A stretch of DNA of 42,982 bases from an uncultured Clostridia bacterium (GCA_947632285.1 CANROT010000002.1:1-42982), one strand, 5' to 3'. Shown: positions 1-7,151, counted from the first letter of the stretch. Program-made: numbers and translations. Notes: generated from the letters alone by a model not told the origin.

Positions 1-644
1 TCGCCGGAGACGTAGTCGTGCATCAGGATAATGTCGCCGCCCTTCACGTTGTCAAGCACCTCGTCAACGATGCCGCGGCAGCTCCTGTGGTTCCAGTCAA
101 GGGTGTCTATCGTCCAGAGGACGAGGACCTTGTCCTCGTATTTTGACGCCGCGACGACGGCGCTGTCGTATATGCCGCCGGGCGGGCGGAGAAAGCGCGT
201 CTTGTACGGGCAGACCTCGTTTATCGAGTCGTCCGCCGCGCGTATCTCTTTTTCGATCCGCTCCTCCGAATAGCCGCGAAGGAATTTGTGCGAGTCGGTG
301 TGGTTGCCGACCTCGTGTCCTGCGGCGATGACGCGCGCGGTCACCTCCGGGTAGAGGCGCACGTTGCAGCCTATTTCGAAAAATGTCGCCTTCACGCCGT
401 ACTCGTCGAGTACGGCTAAAATTTCGTCCGTCTCCCTCGGGTGCGGCCCGTCGTCAAACGTGAGCGCAACGGTGCGGTCCCCGTAACCTGCGAAGACGTC
501 GCCGCCATGATAGACGGACGCGGAAGATTCGAATACAAATGTCGAAAAATCGTCTGAAGCCGAGAAAACGCGCGACGCGGAAGAAAAAAGCGAACAAACG
601 GAGGCGACGGCGGCAGCTGCCGCCGCAAGTCTTATTTTGCGCAT
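1..644 (-). CDS. Polysaccharide deacetylase (CE4/NodB domain); 3' end runs off the window
   Basis: Absent from the ORF track because it leaves the window. My minus-strand translation from ATG 644-642 gives MRKIRLAAAAAAVASVCSLF...RTVALTFDDGPHPRETDEILAVLDEYGVKATFFEIG...GHEVGNHTDSH...FLRPPGG...GGDIILMHD. This is a signal-like N-terminus plus CE4 motifs (TFDDG, HxxxH, RPP). The start overlaps the upstream gene's stop by 13 nt. Confidence 0.85.
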   Translation of the reverse strand, partial: MRKIRLAAAAAAVASVCSLFSSASRVFSASDDFSTFVFESSASVYHGGDVFAGYGDRTVALTFDDGPHPRETDEILAVLDEYGVKATFFEIGCNVRLYPEVTARVIAAGHEVGNHTDSHKFLRGYSEERIEKEIRAADDSINEVCPYKTRFLRPPGGIYDSAVVAASKYEDKVLVLWTIDTLDWNHRSCRGIVDEVLDNVKGGDIILMHDYVSG

Positions 645-1441
645 AATTCATCGAGCGTGCCAAAGCGGTACCCATCTTTTACACAGATGTCTATGACCTC
701 TCCGAGAATATCGGCGTTTGTCTTAGACGTCGGGTGAAGGAGGATAACGGCTCCGTTGTGAAGATTGTCGGTTATTTTCTTGATCGCGTATTCACGGGAG
801 GGCTGCTTGTTGTTGTCCCAGTCGGCATATGCAAAGCTCCAGAAAACGGTGTGATATCCCATCGACTGCGCGAATTTGAGATTGCGTTCGCAGAATCTTC
901 CTTCCGGCGGGCGGTAGTATTTCGGCATTTCGTCCCCCGTCAGCGCTTTGTAAGCGTCGGAGAGGCGGCAGAGCTCGGCGGAGAATTCCGCCTCGTCACA
1001 GACGGTCGACATATCGTTGTGCGTATACGTGTGGTTGCAGACGAGGTGCCCCTCATCGCGCATGCGGAGCACGAGGTCGGGGAAGCGCTCTATCATATTG
1101 CCGAGTATGAAGAACGCGCCGTGCACGTTTTTCTCCTTCAGCGTGTCGAGAATGCGCTCGACGTTGCCGTTTTCGTACCCGGCGTCAAATGTCAGGTAGA
1201 GCACACGGTCCTCGGCATCATCGCCGTGGTTTTTGTCGACATAGACGCCGCCGAGCTTTTCGATAAACGCCATGTTCGAGTCTGCGGGCGGCTGAGTGTG
1301 GTCCTTTTTGCGTATCACATACCAGTTATAGGGGCGCGTGTCGTCGTATGCGGCGTTCGCGCGCGGGGCGAGAGCGAACAGCGACAGCAGCATCGCCGAG
1401 GCGAGCATTGCCGCCGCCGTTCTTTTATAATTTCCGTTCAT
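632..1441 (-). CDS. pdaA: Polysaccharide deacetylase, PdaA-like (delta-lactam-biosynthetic MurNAc de-N-acetylase family)
   Basis: 269 aa ORF with signal peptide (ALAPRANA-AY). Motifs LYLTFDAGYENG, GHLVCNHTYTH, YYRPPEG, TVFWSFAYADW and AVILLHP are collinear with B. subtilis PdaA as I recall it. Confidence 0.8.
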   Translation of the reverse strand: MNGNYKRTAAAMLASAMLLSLFALAPRANAAYDDTRPYNWYVIRKKDHTQPPADSNMAFIEKLGGVYVDKNHGDDAEDRVLYLTFDAGYENGNVERILDTLKEKNVHGAFFILGNMIERFPDLVLRMRDEGHLVCNHTYTHNDMSTVCDEAEFSAELCRLSDAYKALTGDEMPKYYRPPEGRFCERNLKFAQSMGYHTVFWSFAYADWDNNKQPSREYAIKKITDNLHNGAVILLHPTSKTNADILGEVIDICVKDGYRFGTLDELCAK

Positions 1442-1547
1442 TTTTATCGCGGCCTTTCTTTTCTTTTGACTTTATTTTTCCCGCGCCCCGCCGCCGCAAA
1501 CGTGTGAAATATTAGAAAAACATTTTAAACCGAATAAATGGGGTATT

Positions 1548-1603
1548 ACGAAAAACGTTATGCACGCGGAGCGCATATTTATGTATCGCGGCATAACGTT
1601 TTT
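1548..1603. other. Long hairpin / inverted repeat (13-nt perfect arms aaaaacgttatgc ... gcataacgttttt)
   Basis: Read directly from the sequence. It lies between the stop of the 313-aa gene and the pdaA promoter region. It could be a second terminator or insulator on the minus strand. Confidence 0.4.
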
Positions 1604-1688
1604 TGCAGCCGCTGATATCTGATCTTCAGCAAATAAATATTGTGCCCGCTTGTTTTTTCGTTTTTAAATCGTAATATTTAAATTAAAA

Positions 1689-1729
1689 GGGAGATCACGA
1701 GACTTTCGCTCGAATGATCTCCCTTTTTC
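1689..1729. terminator. Bidirectional intrinsic terminator
   Basis: Stem gggagatca...tgatctccc (1689-1723), flanked by aaaa on the 5' side and ttttt on the 3' side. It lies about 45 nt downstream of the stop of the minus-strand gene 1771..2712. Confidence 0.7.
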
Positions 1730-1770
1730 TTTTGCGCCTTTTTTCAGAGTCCCTTATTTATATATATCTT

Positions 1771-2712
1771 TCAATTTTTGAGAAAATTATATGTAATAAG
1801 CATATTCTGGTATTCCTGTTCTTTTGCGATCCGCTCGGAATTGTATGCGGTAATGGCGCTGTTTACCGCCGCACTTTCAGCGGAGGAGGCAGCGCGTATC
1901 GTGGCGTTGACGAGTTTGTCGCACTTGGAGTTGATATTTAAAAGATCGGAATGAAGCTCGTGCGTTTTGTCGATCAATGTATCAAGTTTACTCGATATCT
2001 CATTCATTGTATACTGCATCTGATCCATGCGCAGCTCTTTGCGGATAAGGTAGTAGAGCCCGTCTGCCCCTTCGAGCTTTGTCGCTATCCCGAGCCGCAG
2101 AAATTCATTCATATAACTTATTGGGACAATATTGCGGTAGTGACTGTCTATTCCGATGGCATTGTAGAAGCGATTTAGCTTTTCCACAGCTTCCCGACTG
2201 CGCTTGATAAGTGCAGCTTTTTTTGAAATAATTTTGTCTTTTTGCAGGTTCTCGTTTGCCACGCGTTTTTTGTCATTATTTATCTTCTCTAAGTATTCGG
2301 CATACTTAGCATTATATATTTTTTTATTATCATAAACATCATAGACTAAAAACAAAAAATAAGAAGCGTTTACAACTATAATGCCTGCCGCTATAAACCC
2401 AAGAAAAGCAATTGTCATTCCGTAATTATTCAGGTTCTTTAATACGTTAAAACAATCAAGAAAAAGAAATATAACAAAACCTGCAAATCCTCCCCCGAGA
2501 GAACAACCTCTAATTTCGTCGAATTCGATCATATCAAATAGGCGTCTATTTTTTTGTGGAGCAGGTATATTTCGTTGTCGACCGAGAAAATTAATCTTAT
2601 AATCCAACTCGGATATAGCACGATTCATCATATAGTTGTTCAGTTCCATGTCGTACAAAATCCCAATGCCTTCTTTCAGTGCAGTCGAAGTGACAGCGGT
2701 TTGTTCGTTCAT
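1771..2712 (-). CDS. Hypothetical membrane protein: N-terminal helical region, two TM helices, long C-terminal coiled-coil-like region
   Basis: 313 aa ORF with RBS ggagaag upstream. Hydrophobic segments GGGFAGFVIFLFLDCFNVL and MTIAFLGFIAAGIIVVNASYFLFLVY. K/E/N-rich heptad-like tail. Composition is very AT-rich against GC-rich flanks. I recognise no family motif. Confidence 0.75.
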   Translation of the reverse strand: MNEQTAVTSTALKEGIGILYDMELNNYMMNRAISELDYKINFLGRQRNIPAPQKNRRLFDMIEFDEIRGCSLGGGFAGFVIFLFLDCFNVLKNLNNYGMTIAFLGFIAAGIIVVNASYFLFLVYDVYDNKKIYNAKYAEYLEKINNDKKRVANENLQKDKIISKKAALIKRSREAVEKLNRFYNAIGIDSHYRNIVPISYMNEFLRLGIATKLEGADGLYYLIRKELRMDQMQYTMNEISSKLDTLIDKTHELHSDLLNINSKCDKLVNATIRAASSAESAAVNSAITAYNSERIAKEQEYQNMLITYNFLKN

Positions 2713-2760
2713 TTGCTTCTCCGTAAAAAAATATAATAGTGAATTCGCATCTTTATTACA

Positions 2761-2789
2761 ATAATATCATAAAAATGTGCTAATGTCAA
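2761..2789 (-). promoter_or_regulatory. Sigma-A-type promoter for the 313-aa membrane protein gene
   Basis: The minus strand reads TTGACA (2789-2784), a 17-nt spacer, then TATTAT (2766-2761). Confidence 0.55.
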
Positions 2790-2821
2790 GAAAAATTCTT
2801 ATCTTTAATACGTTAGCACAT
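2775..2821. promoter_or_regulatory. 12-bp inverted repeat, candidate XRE operator
   Basis: atgtgctaatgt (2775-2786) matches the reverse complement of acgttagcacat (2810-2821) at 11/12 positions. The left arm overlaps the -35/spacer of the minus-strand promoter. The right arm sits about 20 nt upstream of the XRE gene start. Confidence 0.5.
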
Positions 2822-2840
2822 ATTTTAGAAAGATGATGGA

Positions 2841-3131
2841 ATGAAGATATATAATTATCACGGCAGAAAAAATATTTGCGGTGAACGAATACGTGAGGCG
2901 AGACAACGACTCGGGCTGTCTCAGGAATACCTTGCCGCGAGAATGCAGATATGCGGCGTGAATCTTGTCCGAGAATGTATAAGCAAGATTGAGACGGGGG
3001 AGCGCTTTGTAGCGGATTTTGAGGTTCTTATGTTTGCATCTGTGCTTCACGTTGAATTAATGTGGCTGCTTGGAGACGGCAGTACAGAGGAAAACGGTAT
3101 AACGGGGTATGGCATTGATGAAAATATATGA
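2841..3131 (+). CDS. XRE-family helix-turn-helix transcriptional regulator (paralog 1)
   Basis: 96 aa. The core ICGERIREARQRLGLSQEYLAARM...ISKIETGER is typical of HTH_3/Cro-C1. It is divergent from the membrane protein gene. Confidence 0.8.
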   Translation: MKIYNYHGRKNICGERIREARQRLGLSQEYLAARMQICGVNLVRECISKIETGERFVADFEVLMFASVLHVELMWLLGDGSTEENGITGYGIDENI

Positions 3132-3375
3132 CTATAACGGTAAAAAGAATATTTGTGGTGATCGTGTCCGTCAAGCGAGGCGTGCATCTGATCTTACTCA
3201 GACAGAACTCGCCGAATGTCTTCGCGCGATGGGCGTAGATATTGAGCGAGACAGTGTCAGCAGGCTCGAGGCAGGCGAACGTTTCGTTGCAGACTACGAG
3301 CTTCCGGCGTTGGCTAAAGTCCTGCACGTATCCGTGCTTTGGCTGCTTGGCTCGGACGAAGCTTTTTCTACGTAA
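3118..3375 (+). CDS. XRE-family helix-turn-helix transcriptional regulator (paralog 2)
   Basis: MKIYDYNGKKNICGDRVRQARRASDLTQTELAECL...VSRLEAGER. About half its residues are identical to paralog 1. I chose the start at 3118 by homology of MKIY(N/D)Y; the track's 3109 ATG is an in-frame alternative. It overlaps paralog 1's 3' end. Confidence 0.75.
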   Translation: MKIYDYNGKKNICGDRVRQARRASDLTQTELAECLRAMGVDIERDSVSRLEAGERFVADYELPALAKVLHVSVLWLLGSDEAFST

Positions 3376-3389
3376 TTTTCGTATTCGCC

Positions 3390-3418
3390 GTGACACGGGG
3401 CGCGATTTGTGATAAAAT
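3390..3418 (+). promoter_or_regulatory. Putative promoter of the isomerase-kinase operon
   Basis: GTGACA (3390-3395), a 17-nt spacer, then TAAAAT (3413-3418). Confidence 0.4.
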
Positions 3419-3462
3419 ATACCGTGATATCGCGAAATAAAGATAAAGTGAGGTCACAGATC

Positions 3463-4143
3463 ATGAAGCGCTCGGAGATAAACCGCATAATGCGGGAAAA
3501 CCTTGAATTTATAAACAAAATGGGCTTTCACCTGCCGCCGTTCGCGTTCCTTACGCGCGGCGACTGGGAGAAGTGCGGCCACGAATACGACGAAATACGC
3601 GATCATATGCTCGGCTGGGACATAACGGACTACGGACACGGCGACTTTAAAAAGATCGGGCTCTTCCTCTTTACGCTGCGGAACGGCTCGCTCTCCGACC
3701 CGAACTGCAAAAAAACATATGCCGAAAAGATCCTCATCTCCGACGAGGATCAGTATTCGCCGATGCATTTCCACCACTCCAAGATGGAGGACATAATCAA
3801 CCGCGGCGGCGGGGTGCTCGTCGTCGAGGTATACAACGCGACGGAGGACGACGGGCTTGCCGACACGGACGTCACGGTGACGCTTGACGGCCGCGTCATG
3901 ACCGTTCCCGCCGGGACTAAACTTCGCCTCATGCCGGGCGAAAGCATCACGCTGCCGCCGAGGCAGTACCACGCGTTCTGGGCGGAGCGCGGCTCCGGGA
4001 AGGTTTTGATCGGCGAGGTCTCGATGGTCAACGACGACAACACGGACAACAGGTTTTACGAGGAGCAGGGCAGGTTCCCGACGGTCGAGGAGGACGAGGA
4101 GCCGCTATACCCGCTCTGCTTCGAATATCCGCGCGCGAGGTGA
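3463..4143 (+). CDS. D-lyxose/D-mannose ketol-isomerase family cupin
   Basis: Start at MKRSEINRIM, with RBS gtgaggt upstream. The track ORF begins earlier, at 3409. LGWDITDYGHGDF, MHFHHSKMEDIINRGGG and QYHAFWA are typical of the YdaE-like lyxose isomerase family. Confidence 0.8.
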   Translation: MKRSEINRIMRENLEFINKMGFHLPPFAFLTRGDWEKCGHEYDEIRDHMLGWDITDYGHGDFKKIGLFLFTLRNGSLSDPNCKKTYAEKILISDEDQYSPMHFHHSKMEDIINRGGGVLVVEVYNATEDDGLADTDVTVTLDGRVMTVPAGTKLRLMPGESITLPPRQYHAFWAERGSGKVLIGEVSMVNDDNTDNRFYEEQGRFPTVEEDEEPLYPLCFEYPRAR

Positions 4144-4147
4144 GGTC

Positions 4148-5008
4148 ATGAAAAAAATAAAGCTCGCCGTGTTCGGCGAGATACTGTGGGACATATTCGG
4201 CGAGGAAAAAACGATCGGCGGCGCTCCGTTCAATTTCGCCGCGCACGCCTCGCGGCTCGGCGCGGACGTCGGGCTTATATCCGCCGTCGGCAGGGATCCT
4301 CTCGGGGACGCGGCGCTCGCGGCGGCGGAGTCATACGGAGTTGATGTCGCAAACGTCGCGCGCGTCGGCGCGCCGACGGGATTCTGCCGCGTGACGCTCT
4401 CGGACGGGCACCCATCATATGAGCTTGTGCGCGGCGTTGCATACGATATGATACCGATGCCAGCCGGGGATATTCTTGCGGACGCGTTTTATTTCGGCTC
4501 GCTCGCCGCGCGCGATGAGGCGTCGGCGGCGACGCTTGAAGGGCTGCTACGGCTGCCGTTTCCCGAGATATTTTTCGACATAAACATTCGCCAGAGCTAT
4601 TATACGGACGCGTTCCTCGACTCGGCGGTGCGGCGCGCGACGATACTGAAGTGCTCGCGCGAGGAGATGGGCGTCTTCGGGCTCGAGGGCGGGTGCGAGG
4701 ACGTGTGCCGCGCGCTTTCGGAGCGGTACACGAATCTGCGCCTCGTCATAATGACGCTCGACCGGGACGGCGCGCTCGTCTTCGAGACGACGGCGGGGCG
4801 CGTGTACCGCTCGCCCGTCCCGACTTCTCGCGCGGTCTCGACCGTCGGCGCGGGGGACTCGTTCTCGGCGTGCTTCCTTGTGAACTACCTCTCGGGCGCG
4901 GGCGTCGAGCGCTCGCTTGCGCGCGCCGTGGCGCTGTCGGACTATGTCGTCACCCGGCTCGGCGCGGTCCCGGAATATCCGGCGTCGCTTTTGCCGCTGA
5001 TAAAATAA
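4148..5008 (+). CDS. PfkB-family carbohydrate kinase (fructokinase-like)
   Basis: 286 aa with GEILWDIF...GGAPFNFA at the N-terminus and the GAGDSF anion-hole motif. It starts 4 nt after the isomerase stop. Confidence 0.85.
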   Translation: MKKIKLAVFGEILWDIFGEEKTIGGAPFNFAAHASRLGADVGLISAVGRDPLGDAALAAAESYGVDVANVARVGAPTGFCRVTLSDGHPSYELVRGVAYDMIPMPAGDILADAFYFGSLAARDEASAATLEGLLRLPFPEIFFDINIRQSYYTDAFLDSAVRRATILKCSREEMGVFGLEGGCEDVCRALSERYTNLRLVIMTLDRDGALVFETTAGRVYRSPVPTSRAVSTVGAGDSFSACFLVNYLSGAGVERSLARAVALSDYVVTRLGAVPEYPASLLPLIK

Positions 5009-5018
5009 ATGACGCAAA

Positions 5019-5040
5019 GAGGGGCGGCGAGCCGCCCCTC
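5019..5040. terminator. Bidirectional terminator hairpin between convergent genes
   Basis: gaggggcggc-ga-gccgcccctc, a perfect 10-bp GC-rich stem between the pfkB-like stop (5008) and the DUF11 gene stop (5051). Confidence 0.65.
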
Positions 5041-5050
5041 TCGGTTTGTG

Positions 5051-5902
5051 TCAGACCGTGCCGGAGATGGCGACGGTCGTGATACCCGGGGTCACCGTCC
5101 ACGCGCCGGTGAACGGATTCTGCGTATAAGTCGCCGCCGGGACCGTTATCCTGCCGCCGACGGTGCGGAAAACGCCGGTCGCCTCCGAATACGTGTACGA
5201 CGAGGCGGGGAACGGCGCGCCGTTGTACGTCACCGTCATGCCGCGAAGGATCGGGTTGAACGTGTCGGTGATGACGATGTTGTCCGCGGCTGTTGCCGGG
5301 GACGGGCCGAGGTTGCGGATAGCGAGCGTGTACGTCAGCGTCCCGCTGCCGGTGATGACGGTCGGCGTGAGCGTCTTTTCGATGGAGAGGCGCGCGCCCT
5401 CGAGCGCGCTGACCGTTTCGGACACGGTGATCGGCGTCGTTATCCCCGCGCCGTCGATGACGGCGGTGTTCGTGACCGTCCCGCCGATGACGGGCGGCGC
5501 GAACTCGTTCACCGCCGCCTTGTATATGAGGACGACGCTGCCGCCCGCCGGGACGGTCAGCCCCGTGATGCGCAATGGCGCCGCGGACGCTACGTTCGGC
5601 GCGGCCTGAAGCTCGCCGTTTTGATAGTACGTCGCCGAGCCGGCAACATACGTGAGCGGATAGACGGTCGAGCCGCCCGCGATATACGAGCCGAGGTCGT
5701 CCGTCACGGTGACGCCGCTCTGCGCTGTCCCGCCGGTATTCACGACGGAGACGACATACGTTATCTCGTCGCCCTCGACGTAATTTTCCGTGACGGCGTG
5801 CTTTTCGGCGGTGAGCTCCTCTCTGAATTCGCCGACGGTGATGTTTGAGTTTATGACCGTTCCGTTATACGACAGTTGTGCCTGATTTGTGAACTGTGCC
5901 AT
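5051..5902 (-). CDS. DUF11 / conserved-repeat-domain protein (two beta-sandwich repeats), no signal peptide
   Basis: Start at MAQFTNQAQLSYNG (ATG 5902-5900, RBS gaaaggaaaaag). The track ORF extends to 5980 through an Arg-rich non-coding-looking leader. Repeats ITYVVSVVNTGGTAQSGVTVTD and LTYTLAIRNLGPSPATAADNIVITD resemble the TIGR01451/DUF11 pattern. Confidence 0.75.
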   Translation of the reverse strand: MAQFTNQAQLSYNGTVINSNITVGEFREELTAEKHAVTENYVEGDEITYVVSVVNTGGTAQSGVTVTDDLGSYIAGGSTVYPLTYVAGSATYYQNGELQAAPNVASAAPLRITGLTVPAGGSVVLIYKAAVNEFAPPVIGGTVTNTAVIDGAGITTPITVSETVSALEGARLSIEKTLTPTVITGSGTLTYTLAIRNLGPSPATAADNIVITDTFNPILRGMTVTYNGAPFPASSYTYSEATGVFRTVGGRITVPAATYTQNPFTGAWTVTPGITTVAISGTV

Positions 5903-5918
5903 AGCTTTTTCCTTTCGC

Positions 5919-5952
5919 CGCCCCGGAGGTGCCCCTCCGAGGGCGTTTTTTT
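5919..5952. other. GC-rich hairpin plus T7 run inside the 5' UTR of the DUF11 gene
   Basis: cgccc-cggagg-tgcc-cctccg-a-gggcg (5919-5945) followed by ttttttt (5946-5952). On the plus strand it reads as a canonical intrinsic terminator. On the minus strand it is a leader stem just upstream of the RBS. Confidence 0.5.
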
Positions 5953-6112
5953 GTTCCGTCTTGCGGGGTCGCCCCCGCATTTACATTATATGACGGCGGC
6001 GACCGCGCGGTCACACGCGAAAAAAAGTTTGATAAGGGTAGAAATTCCCGGAATAATGTGATATACTTAATGAGGGACGGCAAAAAACGCGTTTTCGGGG
6101 GGAGTCGGTACT

Positions 6113-6517
6113 ATGCTTCATGATGAGCTCGGCGGAGCGGCGCTCGCCTATCTCGGGGACGCGGTCATAGAGGTCTGGGTCAGAAAGACGCTGCTTGAGC
6201 ACGGCGTCACGACGCCTGCCGCGTGCAATGCGGAGGCGCTCTCGTTCGTGACGGCGCGCTCGCAGAGCGAGGCGTTTTCGCGCGTCGAGGACGCGCTCAC
6301 GGAGCGCGAACGCGACCTTTTCCGCCGTGGGCGAAACGCGCACGTGACCGCGCCGAAGAGCGCGAGCGTCGCCGAATATCACCGGGCGACGGGGTTTGAA
6401 TCCCTTATCGGCGCGCTGTACCTTGACGGGGAGGCGGACCGGATATCGGAGCTGCTCGCCGCCGCATACGGCGACGCCGTCGCCGCGCTGTCACGCCGCC
6501 GAGGCGTGGAGGAATAA
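6113..6517 (+). CDS. mrnC: Mini-ribonuclease 3
   Basis: 134 aa with LAYLGDAVIEVWVR, RRGRNAH and ATGFESLIGALYLDG, the Mini-III/YazC signature. Confidence 0.9.
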   Translation: MLHDELGGAALAYLGDAVIEVWVRKTLLEHGVTTPAACNAEALSFVTARSQSEAFSRVEDALTERERDLFRRGRNAHVTAPKSASVAEYHRATGFESLIGALYLDGEADRISELLAAAYGDAVAALSRRRGVEE

Positions 6518-6585
6518 CGGGTCTGACATCTGCCGGGAGCAGATGAGGCTATAAAACAAAGGAAAAAAACAGGGAGAGTGGGAAC

Positions 6586-7053
6586 ATGAAAAAATTCATT
6601 TCCGAATTCAAGGCGTTCATCAATCGGGGCAACGTCATCGACATGGCGATAGGTGTCATCATCGCGACGGCATTCGGCGCGATAACGAACGCGCTTGTAA
6701 ACAACATCTTTATGCCGCTCATCGGCCTTGCCACGGGCGGCACGGACTTCACCGACAAGCTCAACTGGGTCGTCGTCGCGCCGACTTACGATGAGGCGGG
6801 CGCCGTCACAGACGCGGGCGTGACGATAGGCTTCGGCACGCTCTTGTCCGCGGTCATCAACTTCCTCATAATTGCATTCATCTGCTTTATGATCGTCAAG
6901 GCGTTCAACAGCGCGGCGAAAAAGGCCGAGGCGCTGAAGAAGAAGGAAGAAGAGGCCGCACCAGAGCCCGAGACGCCCGCAGCGCCCCCGGCGCCGACCG
7001 AGGCGGAGCTGCTCGCCGAGATCCGCGACCTGCTCAAAAACAGAGCGGAATAA
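6586..7053 (+). CDS. mscL: Large-conductance mechanosensitive channel
   Basis: MKKFISEFKAFINRGNVIDMAIGVIIATAFG...FLIIAFICFMIVKAFN, the classic MscL N-terminus and TM2. It has an extended acidic/proline C-terminal tail. Confidence 0.92.
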   Translation: MKKFISEFKAFINRGNVIDMAIGVIIATAFGAITNALVNNIFMPLIGLATGGTDFTDKLNWVVVAPTYDEAGAVTDAGVTIGFGTLLSAVINFLIIAFICFMIVKAFNSAAKKAEALKKKEEEAAPEPETPAAPPAPTEAELLAEIRDLLKNRAE

Positions 7054-7122
7054 GGTACATATCCCCGGCACCCATGATGGGATAAGCCCCGGGCGACCCG
7101 CAGCAAAAAATACCGAAATCGC

Positions 7123-7151
7123 TTGCAATATTCGGCTTTGTGTGGTACAAT
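7123..7151 (+). promoter_or_regulatory. Putative sigma-A promoter of the DtxR-family regulator gene
   Basis: TTGCAA (7123-7128), a 17-nt spacer, then TACAAT (7146-7151). Confidence 0.5.

Noticed and set aside
1533-1610. 25-codon plus-strand ORF MGYYEKRYARGAHIYVSRHNVFCSR spanning the 1548-1603 hairpin
   Set aside because: It has no RBS or promoter, and the sequence is better explained by the hairpin arms. It is probably fortuitous.
1500-3400. Mobile element (IS, prophage or integrative element) explanation for the AT-rich islet
   Set aside because: No transposase, integrase or recombinase ORF, no terminal inverted repeats and no flanking direct repeats are visible. Only the compositional anomaly and the XRE genes are present, so I report it as an islet of unknown origin rather than as a mobile element.
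6391-6404. tRNA T-arm-like string ggggtttgaatccc
   Set aside because: It lies inside mrnC, encoding the conserved TGFESLIG block. No acceptor or anticodon arms can be built around it.
7111-7136. Imperfect palindrome ccgaaat-N8-atattcgg over the -35 of the DtxR-family gene, as a possible metal-box operator
   Set aside because: The arms match only partially, and I cannot match them to a DtxR/MntR box from memory. The evidence is too weak to call.
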